64,000 nt of DNA from an uncultured delta proteobacterium (GCA_963754925.1 CAVWHX010000005.1:173294-237293), one strand, 5' to 3'. Shown: positions 42,473 to 54,718, numbered from the stretch's first letter. Translations and numbers: made by a program. Notes: generated by a model from the sequence alone, not told the origin.

Positions 42473-44291
42473 ATGGCGCCTCGAAAGCGTTCGAAACAGC
42501 ATGCTAGCAAAAAAAAGTCGGTGAGCAAGCGCGGTTTGCGTAACCGGGGGCAAACGCAGATCAATCTCTTCGAGCTTGAGGATGGGGTTGCGCAACCGCA
42601 GAGCAAAGCTCAACCGGTTTCGTCAGCTAAAAAGTCGAAGCGTCGTTTGCCACCGTCGAGGGCCGTAGCGGCGCCGCAACCCGCTGAAAAACCGCGTGAA
42701 CCCGCGCCAGAGGAGGCAGCAATCAAGAACCCCCCGATCGCGGCCGAGCGTATGGCCGCCGATCAGCGGGAGATCTCAGTTTTCTGAATTCTTCACCAAG
42801 AACCGTCACCTCCTCGGCTTCGACAACCCCCAAAAAGCGCTCCTGACCGCGGTCAAGGAAGCGGTCGACAACTCGCTCGATGCCTGCGAGGAAGCAAAAA
42901 TTCTTCCCGAGGTCGAGGTCACCATCCAAGAAATTACCGAGAATCGCTTTCGCGTTCGGGTGACCGACAATGGTCCCGGGGTCGTCAAAAATCAGATCGC
43001 CAAAATCTTCGGCAAGCTCCTGTATGGCTCCAAATTCCATCGGCTCAAGCAATCTCGCGGTCAACAGGGCATCGGCATATCGGCGGCCGGCATGTACGGT
43101 CAGCTTACTACGGGCAAGCCCTTGGTGGTTACCTCCCGCACCCGCGAGGACAGGCCCGCCATCCGCATGGAGATTAAAATCGATACCCGCAAGAACGAGC
43201 CGCAGAAACTATCCGAGGTTGAGGTTAACGACGGGGAGTTTTCTCGCGGCACCCGGGTGGAGTTCGAACTTGAAGGCATCTACCGCAGCGGCCGTTGTTC
43301 GGTTGATCAATACATTGAGCAAACGGCCATCGCCAATCCCCACGTCACGATGCGCTACCGCAACCCCAAGGGCGAGGAGTTTATCTATGCGCGGCTTACC
43401 GACGTGCTGCCGCGCGAGGCTATCGCCATCAAGCCGCACCCGCACGGCGTCGAGCTCGGGGTGCTGCTCAACATGCTCAAGGATACCCGCGCGCGCGATC
43501 TCAAAGGTATGATCGCCCACGACTTTTGCCGGGTGAGCGATCGCATGGCGGTGGCGATTTGTGAGGATGCCAAGCTTTCGCCGACCATCAAGGCCAAACA
43601 CCTCGGTCTTGAGCAGGCCGAGAAGCTGCATGCGGCCATGGGACGAGCGAAGGTCATAAGCCCTCCCAGCGCTTGTGTGGTTCCGATCGGCGAGGAATTA
43701 ATCCATAAAGGCATGGAGAAGGGGCTACGGGCCGATTTTTTCACCTCGGTCACCCGCTCGCCGGCGGTGTACCGCGGCTATCCGTTTCAGGTGGAGGTTG
43801 GTTTGGCGTGGGGGGGCGAACTGCCGGCCGAAGAGCAATGCACCCTGTACCGTTTTGCCAACCGAGTTCCGCTGCAGTACCAGCAGTCGGATTGCGCCAT
43901 CACCAAGGCGGTGATCGAAACCGACTGGCGCAATTACAAAGTTCAGCAAGCGCGGGGAACGCTTCCGACCGGGCCGATGGTGATCCTGGTGCACCTGGCG
44001 TCGGTGTGGGTGCCGTTTACTTCCGAGAGCAAGGAAGCCGTAGCGCGCTATCCCGAGATCCTGCGCGAGATCAAACTCGGCCTGCAAGTGTGCGGTCGGC
44101 GGCTCTCCCAGCACCTGAGTATGCGCCGGCGCGAAGCTGAAGAAGGGCGCAAGGTTAGCTACATAGAGACCTATATCCCGCATATCGGCATCGCATTGCA
44201 GGAGATGCTGAAACTGTCCGAAAAACAAAAGGACCGGGTGATAACCACCCTTACCGAGACGTTGCGACGCAGCCGGACAACGGCTGCGTAA
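42473..44291 (+). CDS. top6B: DNA topoisomerase VI subunit B, frameshift near 42780
   Basis: [65 protein letters not shown]. Confidence 0.93.
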
Positions 44292-44315
44292 CACCTGTTT
44301 CAATAAGGATCCCTT

Positions 44316-45415
44316 ATGGGCGCTCGCAAGCAACCAACCATGGCCGAAAAAATAACCGGCGAGGCGGAAGACGTCTACGGCAAGATCATAGCCGGCAAAA
44401 AACCCAGCATGAAGTTTCCCTTACGCTCGTTGTCCAATGTTCGGTACCGATCCGAAGTGGGATACTTCGAGCTCAAAGGCCGCAAAAAAGAGCGCACCTT
44501 GACCGTCAGCACGGTCAAGACCTTTGCCCAGACTCTGCGGATGCTCTCGCTCTCCAAAGACTTGGTCGACGGCGATGATATCGCGACCAAAAGAGAGGCC
44601 TACTACGTCTCCAAGAATTGGGGACCGGCGCGCTTCGAGGATCAACCCGAAAGCGATACGGTCATCGACGATATTGAGGCGCATTTTTGCCGTCAACCGC
44701 GAGCAGCTCGGTTTCATCCCCGAAGAAAAAGGCGGCGAGGTGGCCGGCAAGCTCACCGTGGTCGACCGCGATCGTGACACCGACAAGATCTTGAAGATCG
44801 ATTGCACCAAGTTTGGCTCGGGCGCCTATTCGATTCCCATTTCGGTTGAGCACCTCGGCTTTGAGACCAATGCGAAATTTATTCTCGCGATCGAAACCGC
44901 CGGCATGTTCCAGCGCTTGGTCAAGCATAACTACTGGAAAAAAGCGAACTGCATCCTGATCTCCATGGGCGGCGTGCCGACCCGGGCCTGTCGGCGTTTC
45001 GTCAGACGCCTTTCGGACGAAAAGAAAATTCCGGTCTACGTCTTTGTGGACGGCGACCCCTACGGCATCGAAACATCTACCGCACCCTGAAGGTGGGTTC
45101 CGGCAACGCCGCCCATATCAACGAGTACTTCTGCGTTCCGCACGCTACCTACCTGGGAATCACGCCGGACGATATCAATGATTACAAGCTGACGCCACAC
45201 ACCCGCTTAAGGAGGTCGATATCAAGCGCGCCAAGGACGCGCTCAAAAACGACCCCTTCATTATGCACCACAAAGCTTGGCAGAAGGCCTTCGAAAAGAT
45301 GCTCACCATGGGGGTGCGCGCCGAGCAACAGGCGCTCGCCAAATGGGGGCTCAACTATGTCATCGATACCTACTTGCCGCAGAAGCTGGCGAATCCGGAT
45401 ACGTTTTTACCGTAG
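44316..45415 (+). CDS. top6A: DNA topoisomerase VI subunit A, frameshifts near 44685, 45070 and 45200
   Basis: KREAYY catalytic Tyr, IETAGMFQRL, VDGDPYG Toprim motif, RAEQQA. Confidence 0.9.
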
Positions 45416-45429
45416 AAAGGAGGCGTCGC

Positions 45430-46130
45430 ATGTCCAAGTATGCAATTGTGGCGTTGATGGTCGCCGTTATCGGCGGATGTTCCACCTCGGGAAACAAGTA
45501 TCCCTATAAGGGGTCTCGGTGTTTAACGCCAACGACCTGTCCGAAAGCCTGCACCGCGGATAACGAATGCGCCCTGGCCAACAATGAGATCTGCTGTGAC
45601 TTTGATGGCGTCAAGGCCTGCGCGGTGAACACCGCCTGCCCTCGTTTCTGCAACGATGAAAGCACGTGCGGATCAACTGAAACGTGTTGTCGGACGATTT
45701 TGGGATCCGATCGAAAGGAATGCACCAGCCCGGGCAATTGCCTCATCTTCTGCTCCGATAACGGACCATGTGCGAGCAACGATATTTGTTGCAAAGTGCT
45801 CAACACCCCGGCATGCGAACAACCATCGCTCTGTCCGACCTCATGCACAAAAAATGAGGATTGCGACACCTTGTATTGTTGTAACACGGTTAAGGACAAC
45901 GATCCCTATAATATTTTGTCCGCGACTGCGCTGTGCAGCCAGCCCTCGGATTGTCCGAGAACGTGCACAAGGGATTCGGATTGTGAAATCGCCAGTCAGG
46001 AGAAATGCTGCTTTGGTCTCTGCGCGCTTGCGGCAAATTGTAATGAATGTGTAACCCAAAGCGATTGCACCATCGCAAATGAAGTATGTTGTGATAATAA
46101 GGTGCTCGATTCGCCGTGGTACATTAAAGT
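45430..46130 (+). CDS. Cysteine-rich repeat lipoprotein, 3' end uncertain
   Basis: RBS AGGAGG, lipobox IGGC, about six C-x3-(D/E)C-xn-CC repeats. The frame reads on to 46416 across the antisense gene, probably through an indel. Confidence 0.7.
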
Positions 46131-46134
46131 ATGC

Positions 46135-46797
46135 TCAATGATTTTGGGTTATGTGTTGAAGGACGCTCGCGGCGAGCAGGAGCTGGGCCAGGTAGTAGTT
46201 CGGCAGGCAACCGACCTTGTTGATGAAGCCCGGGCGGACAAACTGATCGCGGGCGACAAAACCGTCCGAAATATAGAACAATACCGCGCCGCACAAAATC
46301 AGCCACGCGCGCTGCGGCCAGAAGGCTCCGACGCCGGTCGCCACCATAATGGTAATGACCGCGATATATACGGCCACAGGCAGAACCATCCCGCTTTTTA
46401 CCAAATGCGGGTGTAACCAGCGCCAGATAAGAAAGCTCGGAACGGCGACGAGTAGTAATGCCACCGGCATAGCGATGGTATCCACGCCGCGAACCATAAA
46501 GGCTGCTATAAAAATGACATGGCCCATAAGAAAACTGACGAGCCCTCCCAAAAATATCGGTTTTCGGTCAGGGATCAAGAGCACGTCGCCGATCCAGCAA
46601 AACCCCAGCGCAACCAGTATCCACATTCCATACGAGGTGCGCAAAGCACCGGCGCCTAACGCGGCTATGATAAATCCGGTTGAAGCGAACGGTTTGGCGA
46701 TCCAAACCCCCGCTTTTTTGCCTAACCGCTCCGACGTCAACAGACCGAGCAACCCGATAACGACCATGATGCTTCCCATCCAGAACGTTGTGGTCAT
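46135..46797 (-). CDS. Lysoplasmalogenase (YhhN/TMEM86)
   Basis: AKP, GDVLL, FLMGH, FYISD, YYLAQ. Confidence 0.85.
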   Translation of the reverse strand: MTTTFWMGSIMVVIGLLGLLTSERLGKKAGVWIAKPFASTGFIIAALGAGALRTSYGMWILVALGFCWIGDVLLIPDRKPIFLGGLVSFLMGHVIFIAAFMVRGVDTIAMPVALLLVAVPSFLIWRWLHPHLVKSGMVLPVAVYIAVITIMVATGVGAFWPQRAWLILCGAVLFYISDGFVARDQFVRPGFINKVGCLPNYYLAQLLLAASVLQHITQNH

Positions 46798-46874
46798 GAT
46801 GGGGTCAGCCCCTCGATTACAAAAGGAAATGAGAAGGTTGTTGCGGCAGCACGATGCTGAGGAATCAGAATCTT

Positions 46875-48381
46875 CTATATCTTCAATGATAATTCGGCCG
46901 TGACGGTCGGGTTCCATCCGCCGTAGCTATAGCTCGGATTAAGGGTTTTACTGTCATCATTTTGATAATCCGGATCATATGTTTTCGTTACCTTCCGCTT
47001 CTCCAGTATCTGGAATTGGCCTCCAAGTATGAAGTCGGCCGATCCGTTGATAAAATCCAGACGCGGTAATCCAATTTTGACGCCGAACGAAACGACGTGT
47101 TTATTGTTGTCGAGGAAGTTGAAAATTCCTTTGACCGCATAATTCGGGACAAACGTTGGTTGATAATAGTAGCCCGCCATGACATCCAACCAGTCGAAGA
47201 CTTTCGCCGAGAGGCCGACCCGCGGGATGACGATATCAAAGAACTTGGGAATCGTGTACGAGCGCGTGTCACCATACTCAGCAAGCATCACCTGCGCAAG
47301 TTCTTCAAACGCTGCCTTCGTGGTCGGACCTACCCGGAACTTCGACCACAGCTCCCAATCTGCCTGGGCCGAGACCGTGAGCCTGCCGATATCAACCGCC
47401 ACTCCGGCGCTGACATAGTGAGGCGTGTAATAGTCGAAAACCGCCAGATTCAGGTTCATGTCTATATTGCCGGCAGTGGTGATGGTTTCGACATTGAACG
47501 GAGCAATCTTCAAGAACGTTTCCTGGCGATAGGTAAGCCCTATATGAATATTTAACATGCGATCCGCCCACTCTTTTTAAATTTGCATAAATTCCGGCTA
47601 CGAAGGCAGGCGCAACCTGAAGATCCATGTACGATTCTTGAGGAGGTGTCTGAGTGGCAGGCCCGATATCAACGTTGTAAATTTGCGACTGGGCTTGTCC
47701 ATGGAAGGACATATTTAATCCGAGCCCGCCGCCGAACGTGTCTTCAAGAAACCCCATCCCCACACCCGTAACGATAATCATTTTCTGCGCCTCGCGCCCG
47801 TAGCGCATGAAATCTTGGGTTCTCAGGTCGACGTCATTGACTTTGGCGGCATAGCCGAGGTCCGTTACCGCCATGGCCAACCCAAAACGAGCTGATGAAA
47901 CTAAATCCGGAAACTTGAAGACCTTAAAGAGGTCTAGGGCCATACCTAAAGCCACGGCGTGAAAATCAAGGCCTTTAGTGGCATTGGTACTTAAGTTAAC
48001 TGGGCTCGCGCCTATCGTAGGTATATAAGACCGCTGCGGGATGTTGAGATAGAATTGAGGAGACGTATAAAAATAATTTATCGCAATCTCATTGGGGAAA
48101 AACTCCTCAACTTCATCGCCTCCACCTTCCGGGGTGCGCGTCGTCCTCAGATGCACCGTTTTCCCGAGACCGGCAATGTTGTAATAGAGCGAGGACCAAT
48201 CGTCCACGATGGCGGTCATGGCATTACCCATGGAAATTCCCTGGGCGGAGAATCCATACGTATCCGCAAAATTGTTGGCCAGCGCAACAGCCGATGACAG
48301 CGCTAAAGCCAGTGTAACAAATGCGATAACACCCGACAGCGACATTTGCTTTTTCAAAGTAGTACCCTCCTTACGGTTCAT
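46875..48381 (-). CDS. OmpP1/FadL-like outer-membrane barrel, frameshift near 47560
   Basis: Signal peptide then GFSAQGISMGNAMTAIVDDWSSLYYNIAGL (FadL plug-like); amphipathic strands; DNNKH. Confidence 0.72.
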
Positions 48382-48429
48382 GGTCTATTCGATAACAATA
48401 GTAACGGGTTAGTTCTTGTGTTGATTTCA

Positions 48430-51400
48430 TTATTGACCATTGTATTGAAATCCATAGTTCTGGAAATTGTTGCTCAGGGAGTCTGGAGAATCATTTCTCG
48501 TCAACACCTGCACCTGACCACTCATCAGTTTAGCTACGTCATTCCACAAGCTTGAGTTGAAGTTTGTAAGCAACGGCTCGCCGAGGAAATTATACAGCTC
48601 GCTGAAGATTTCGCTGAACTTGTCAGTGGTATCGACCACATCTAACACGTACTCCATCAATCCGCCCGACTTAAACAAGGCATTAACGTAAACAGACGAA
48701 TCGTAGATATAGTTAATGGTGGAGGTCAATCCGCCCTTGGCCGCAACAAACGCCGGATCGATGTCGGACAGATTCTTGCCGCTATCGAGTGCCAACGCGA
48801 TGGCGTTGAGGATGGGTTGATATTGAGCTGCCACCCGATAGAGGTCATCCACCCTGGAGTTATCATTGAAATCAAATAGATGATCGTTAAACGAAATATT
48901 CCCATTGGTCAAAGGAACGCTGGCCACATTCCATGTCTGGGTGTTGCTGTTATAGGTGGTGGCCATGATCCCTAGGGTATGAACCAGCCCCTTGATTTGG
49001 TCGTCGGTTGGGCTTACTTGAGTTAAGAACGTATCCATGACGTTGATAAGGTTCTCTACCACCGAATAATCGCCGCCCTGAGGCGCAAGCAGCTCGGAAG
49101 CCATTTCGAGGTATGTGCGGAACAACGTCAGCTTGTCGGGGTTCTTATCCCAATCATGGGGAAGATAGGCCAACCCCATCTGGTACCCGAGCTCGCCGGG
49201 CCTAATACCATGGGCATCAACACCCGTTGCATCTATTAGTGACTCATTGTAATCGTTGGTGCCGACCAATATATTTTGTCCAATGTTCGCGAATATCTCC
49301 TCAGGACGCATATCATCGGGGATGCCGTCGCCATTGGAATCAACGCCGTTAGTGAACATCCAATCCGGCAGCGTCTCAGTTAAGGTTGTGTCATTGATTT
49401 GGGTTAATCTCCCTCGGGTGTTTTTACTCAGAAGCGAGGTCTGCTCGAGGCCGTAGAATAGTTTTCTGCGGGCTCCCCAGGATTGCCAGGTCTCGTCAAA
49501 TTTTTGGGAATCCGGTTCGTTGGTATCGACGATCGTCGGATCATCGTCGAACGTATCCGCACCAAGGTTCATGAGGAGCTTGAATGCCTGGGTCAGCACC
49601 TTGGGACGTTGATTGGTGACAGGGTTTTCCGCAACCAGAAGCGGCAGAATTCCGTCCATTATTTTTTTAGTTGGTTTATCGGAGGTCGGATAGCGATTGC
49701 TATCGATAAGTATGCTTATGGGTGTGTTGAGGTAAGCCATCTGGTAAAAATCCCTCTCCCTCCAGCTTCCAAACCACGTCTCAGGTTTGTTCCAGCGTGA
49801 CGAATCGGTATAGAAGTCAGCGCCAGATTTAAGGAAATAGTCACAATACGGATCACTCGAGTTTGTATCACAATTACCACGCACACGGAACTTCCAGGTT
49901 TTACGAGGAGGAAGAGCATAGTTGTTCGTATCACCTTCTTGTTGATAATACGCGATAGGTTTCAAAAGGATGGTCATCATATCGAATGATGGCACCAAAC
50001 CAGCGGTATTCGAGTGCTTGTTGTCGATGTTCTCGCGAAGAGCGTTGAACAACGCCATTAATATCGGCACGAATGCGTTTCTTCGATTCCAAAGGCTGTC
50101 ACCTACCGTAAATGCATTAGAGGACACCAAATTGTCGGTAACCTCATCTGTATGTTCATCTCCATTTTTATCCTTCCACGTTACGAGACCTCTTGATACC
50201 TCCGGGCTGAAAGGAAATGCCATTCGTACCAATGATGTTATGTTATGAGCCAAAACACTTGAAAAGCCCGCTCCCCCCCGAAGGGTGTCATTGTACGTAC
50301 TATCTCCGCTTTGACCCAATGACAATGAAGTATAAGCGAGATCGGCTACGACCCCCATGCGGTAATCGCCAGGAACATTTGAGCTGCCGCTTTTGCCTGT
50401 TTTAGCCCATAGGTGATTGCCTCTAAATGGCCGCGAATTTGAAAAGGCATAAAAACCATTGGCTTCTTGATAAATATAGGCTACCCCTAGTTCGGATACG
50501 TCAACCAAGGTGATACGCTGTGGCATGATCAACACATATTTTTTATCAACAAAAAACCATTGGTAGTTTCTGAAAAAGGCCTCTTCTTGGGAGGCGCATG
50601 CTCTGCTGGGATCGGTGTCATCGATATTCTCTTGAATCACGAGACCGCTGGATTCAACTTTATTTTGGCTGGGATCCAAATTGACTACCTTAACGTTGTC
50701 ATTACCATCACGCACAATCGTCGAGTATCTATCACCGCTGTCGGCGTAATAGGTAATATAATTATCGAATAGGTTGGTCGACATCCAGCCTTCCTCGCGC
50801 TGTGGTTGTCTAACTATCGAAGCGCCATTTCCATTAAAGAAAATCTCAACCGCATTGGGGCCGCTAACAGAATCTATTTGAATAATCTTTTGCTCGCCAT
50901 TCGGCAATGGGCTGCCTGCTATCCTGAATTTATCTTTTCCAAAAGGAAGGGCAGAAAAACGGGCGGTGGAGATCACGCCCTGTGGCGCCGGCTGAGTTGG
51001 ATAATTAGGATAGGAAGTTTTTATGATGTCATCTACAAGAGACGACACGATGCTATCCCGATCCCACACTTTATCTTTCGAGAATGAAGCCTGATACAAA
51101 TTGTTGTCTATTTTTATATTTACTACAGCATCTTGTAACGTTGGATTTATATCTGAAGTTAATTTGATTGCATTTAACGGCACCGTATATGAGCTGATTT
51201 CACCCGTTATTCTTGCATCTATTAGCAAATTGTTTATTGCGCCGGGTGTAATGTCCGTCAAGACGATATTGCCCTCGTAGGGATTTTCGATTTTAATAGA
51301 ATCGTTTTCGGTTACCGTACAGGGAGTTCCCCCTGTAGCATCGTTTATTACTGTACAGAGATCGGTACCGTCGATGTATTTGCCAAGGGTAGAGCCAATG

Positions 51401-53772
51401 GAGACATCATAGTTATTACCACCCATACTAATTCTAAAAGTATATGTTGTTAACGGGGGTATTTTAACGCCTTTGTAAAGAACAAAATTTTCCACATGAC
51501 GTTCATTGAAATAAACACTCGACGTGAATACAGAACGATTTGGCGGAACGCCGATCTTGCCGATGTAAAAAGCCATAGGCCACAACTTCTCGGTGGCATC
51601 ATTCGGTGGATATAGATACTCCCAATTGCCGGCACGACTTGGTTCGGTTGGCTTATGCACTAAGGCATATAACTTACCATTTGCGCGATAATATTTGTTC
51701 CACGTCTTTCCATATAATTGTACGGTTTCGGGATTCCCAGAGGCGTAATAGTAAGGTCCGGTGCCATTCCAGACAACGTGCCAAACGCCAACAATGGTGC
51801 TCAACGCCAGGTTGTCATTTTCAAGTCCATCGCCTTGATAGGGCATATAGCTATTCAGAACAGGATTTGCATCGGCATCTTTAAGACTTTTACCGCCATT
51901 TGGCGATGCGACCGCACCGCTTCCAATAACTAAAAAGTATGGTACTGGATAGTTTTGGTCAAAATAAAACCTGTTATCGTTTGCACTGGGAATCTGGTAC
52001 GTCGTATCGCCGGGTATGGTAAATGGGTAAAGACTCCGAAAGATATGATTTTTATCATCCGGCCAGAAGGTCGTTAAATAAATGGGTGCAAGACCACTAA
52101 TCAAGTTTGTTCCCATAGCATACAAGACATCATTTACCGTCGCACCGGCGCTTTTTGTCGGACTCGGATTCAATGCGTTGGCTGGTCCTACACGAGCGTT
52201 ACCGTGGCCGTGACCAAAGTTCTCACCTGAACCCAAACCATTACAATTTGTAGTTCCACCGGGAGTCGTAGGTTCGCCGGTAATATTATCTTTACAGGCA
52301 TCAGTCCACCCATAGTTCGCTGCCGTTGCGGTGCAGAGTAACAGACTCTCAAGAAGAGATGCTTGGTGGGGACACTTGGACGTATCATTTGAATTTCCGC
52401 AGCCACTCGTAACGGTTCTATCCCTTCCGAATTGGTCGTATCGAATCAGATCTTCCAGTGATTGCTCGATATGAGCATTGTCCGGATCCCATCCGATTGA
52501 CTTGAGACTCTTTATGATTTCATCGACGACATATCGCTTTTTTCCTGCTACTTCGTATATCATCGAAATCGGAGCATTACTTGTCGGATCTTGTCTGTCG
52601 GATCGCAACATCAACCGAGTATTGACCGGTTGCAGCTCTCTGAGGGTATTTCTGAGCTCACCGGAAGAATACATTGCGCTGTCATCGGTCGCATAGTCAC
52701 CAATTGCGTTTGCTCCGCTGGTGGTGAAATAGCTCTCGATATTTCTAACCAATGCTTCGGCGACATCTGCAATTTTAACCGTTGGCTGATTGGGAACCGA
52801 TCCAGATAGAAATACGCCTAATTGACGTATCAAATCATACAAGTTATTCCTAAAGCTGGCATCCTTGACCAACTCAAAAACAGCCATCATCAACGATTGA
52901 TTTCCCTGTACTGCGTTTCCGAGCCCCGCATTGGTTGTGGTATCGCCACTATCAATATCCTCCCAACGGGTGATGAGGTTTCCGCCGTAATCAAGCCACA
53001 TCGGATAATCGTCCTGTAGATTGCTTTTACCGACCGAGGTTTGTCCATACGTTAGTAATTTATGATACGCGAGAACATGGTCGCACGTGACGTTATCATA
53101 CGAAGCAGCTTGACAAGGAGTCGCGTCCATATCGGCATTTGCAAATGCCACTTCTTTTGTCATGAGCGAGCTATTGAACTTGTCAATGCGAAATTTACTG
53201 ATGGCTCGCATAATCGTGACCAGTTCTTTGCCCAAATTGAGATTCTTGTTATTGATGTCATCTAAAAAACTGAAAAAACTCGCCGCATAATCCAAGGCGC
53301 CGGTTGTGCGTCGCTTTGTGGCCGGATTGAACAGGCCGCTGTCCAAACTATTTTGATTGATGATGCGGTAGAGAAGATGGCGCATCAATTGTACGGTGTT
53401 CTGCATAGGATTTTGGTTCGGTATGCCGACCGTGGTTGAATCGAGCGTCACATACTGGCCGGCCATTACCTTGATATTTGCGTCGTAATTATTATTTATC
53501 ACTTGCCCGAGGAGGTCATTAACGACGCACTGGTCCAGTCTGATTTGTGTCTTATCGCATTGATCGCTTCTGTATTGTGTATTATTCGGGTCCTGCAGGT
53601 GTATGGTGTTATGGAGGGCTTTATACTTATCCTGATCCAGGAGGTCAAAAAGTTTATAATCAGACTTTTGGTTTTGCTGGAACGTTCCCATAGACGAGTT
53701 ACATGCAGCAAGTAACGACAGACCCAGAGAAAACAAAAAGGAGACGAGAAGCGCCCTTTGATATCGCATCAA
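48430..53772 (-). CDS. 1780-aa lipoprotein of unknown function
   Basis: Long intact ORF, lipobox LAAC, Asn/Asp/Thr-rich, DSNGDGIPD motif. Confidence 0.8.
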   Translation of the reverse strand: MMRYQRALLVSFLFSLGLSLLAACNSSMGTFQQNQKSDYKLFDLLDQDKYKALHNTIHLQDPNNTQYRSDQCDKTQIRLDQCVVNDLLGQVINNNYDANIKVMAGQYVTLDSTTVGIPNQNPMQNTVQLMRHLLYRIINQNSLDSGLFNPATKRRTTGALDYAASFFSFLDDINNKNLNLGKELVTIMRAISKFRIDKFNSSLMTKEVAFANADMDATPCQAASYDNVTCDHVLAYHKLLTYGQTSVGKSNLQDDYPMWLDYGGNLITRWEDIDSGDTTTNAGLGNAVQGNQSLMMAVFELVKDASFRNNLYDLIRQLGVFLSGSVPNQPTVKIADVAEALVRNIESYFTTSGANAIGDYATDDSAMYSSGELRNTLRELQPVNTRLMLRSDRQDPTSNAPISMIYEVAGKKRYVVDEIIKSLKSIGWDPDNAHIEQSLEDLIRYDQFGRDRTVTSGCGNSNDTSKCPHQASLLESLLLCTATAANYGWTDACKDNITGEPTTPGGTTNCNGLGSGENFGHGHGNARVGPANALNPSPTKSAGATVNDVLYAMGTNLISGLAPIYLTTFWPDDKNHIFRSLYPFTIPGDTTYQIPSANDNRFYFDQNYPVPYFLVIGSGAVASPNGGKSLKDADANPVLNSYMPYQGDGLENDNLALSTIVGVWHVVWNGTGPYYYASGNPETVQLYGKTWNKYYRANGKLYALVHKPTEPSRAGNWEYLYPPNDATEKLWPMAFYIGKIGVPPNRSVFTSSVYFNERHVENFVLYKGVKIPPLTTYTFRISMGGNNYDVSIGSTLGKYIDGTDLCTVINDATGGTPCTVTENDSIKIENPYEGNIVLTDITPGAINNLLIDARITGEISSYTVPLNAIKLTSDINPTLQDAVVNIKIDNNLYQASFSKDKVWDRDSIVSSLVDDIIKTSYPNYPTQPAPQGVISTARFSALPFGKDKFRIAGSPLPNGEQKIIQIDSVSGPNAVEIFFNGNGASIVRQPQREEGWMSTNLFDNYITYYADSGDRYSTIVRDGNDNVKVVNLDPSQNKVESSGLVIQENIDDTDPSRACASQEEAFFRNYQWFFVDKKYVLIMPQRITLVDVSELGVAYIYQEANGFYAFSNSRPFRGNHLWAKTGKSGSSNVPGDYRMGVVADLAYTSLSLGQSGDSTYNDTLRGGAGFSSVLAHNITSLVRMAFPFSPEVSRGLVTWKDKNGDEHTDEVTDNLVSSNAFTVGDSLWNRRNAFVPILMALFNALRENIDNKHSNTAGLVPSFDMMTILLKPIAYYQQEGDTNNYALPPRKTWKFRVRGNCDTNSSDPYCDYFLKSGADFYTDSSRWNKPETWFGSWRERDFYQMAYLNTPISILIDSNRYPTSDKPTKKIMDGILPLLVAENPVTNQRPKVLTQAFKLLMNLGADTFDDDPTIVDTNEPDSQKFDETWQSWGARRKLFYGLEQTSLLSKNTRGRLTQINDTTLTETLPDWMFTNGVDSNGDGIPDDMRPEEIFANIGQNILVGTNDYNESLIDATGVDAHGIRPGELGYQMGLAYLPHDWDKNPDKLTLFRTYLEMASELLAPQGGDYSVVENLINVMDTFLTQVSPTDDQIKGLVHTLGIMATTYNSNTQTWNVASVPLTNGNISFNDHLFDFNDNSRVDDLYRVAAQYQPILNAIALALDSGKNLSDIDPAFVAAKGGLTSTINYIYDSSVYVNALFKSGGLMEYVLDVVDTTDKFSEIFSELYNFLGEPLLTNFNSSLWNDVAKLMSGQVQVLTRNDSPDSLSNNFQNYGFQYNGQ

Positions 53773-54322
53773 TCACCTCATGCAATGGTATTGAGAGAGT
53801 TTGATATCGTTATCATTTTTTTGTTTTTTATGCACCATCGCTAATCATTAAGATTCATCATGCATGCCTTGATAAAAAGGCGCCTCCTACGGGCACAGCT
53901 ATAGGCTCGCCAATATATCAGGAAACCCTTACTCTAATGACTGCTAGCGCTCACAGCGGACGATATTGAGGGTGACGCTCGATTGTCAAGAAAAAAAATA
54001 ATTAACGATGTATAAAATAAATTACTTATCATAACAGGAATGTCCAATTTATTGATTTCCCAGGCAGACTAGCTTTTCCCAGCATATTGTGTAGTGGTAA
54101 GGACTGATTGAGTAAGCACAGGAAAACAACTAGTTGTCCCCAAGCACTACCATACGGACGGGATACGAAAAACCGTATTTATTCTTGCAAAAACATTGCA
54201 AGTTCAACTAATATAAGGAAGTGTCAAGGTAAGGAGGAAAAAGGGCGGAACTTTTATGTGCGAGTGGCACGTAACGAGGAACCTGCCTGACCGTAATTGG
54301 CCAAACTGAAAGGATTTGGGTC

Positions 54323-54718
54323 ATGGCTACCCGTGCGCTGGTATGCGACGATGATATGCCGATACGAAGAATGATTCGGGACCTTCTCGAAGAGCGGGGT
54401 TTCGAGGTGGTCGAAGCCACCAATGGACAGGAGGCACTGGACGTAATCCTCAAGGAACCCTTGGACCTGGTGGTGCTTGATTTTCTTATGCCCAAATTAG
54501 ACGGTATGCAGGTAATCCGTAACGTCAGACGTGACCCGGCGCGGCAAAACTTGCCCATCATTCTTCTCTCGGCAATCTCAAAATCTCAGATTCTCGATGA
54601 GGACAAATCGATCATGCCTGACGCGTATGTAAACAAGCCGTTCCATCCTAAGAAACTCGCCAAGTTGATCGATCGCTTGTTGGCGGTACGAAACTCAACA
54701 CTGCATCAGGTCAACTAA
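54323..54718 (+). CDS. Single-domain response regulator
   Basis: VCDDD, LDFLMP, KPF. Confidence 0.9.
   Translation: MATRALVCDDDMPIRRMIRDLLEERGFEVVEATNGQEALDVILKEPLDLVVLDFLMPKLDGMQVIRNVRRDPARQNLPIILLSAISKSQILDEDKSIMPDAYVNKPFHPKKLAKLIDRLLAVRNSTLHQVN

Noticed and set aside
45277..46416. 379-aa ORF as given in the track
   Set aside because: 5' part is an off-frame reading of top6A and 3' part is antisense to yhhN; only the Cys-rich core is credible
53780..54300. ncRNA or riboswitch in the AT-rich intergenic region
   Set aside because: Only promoter-like and partial REP sequence seen
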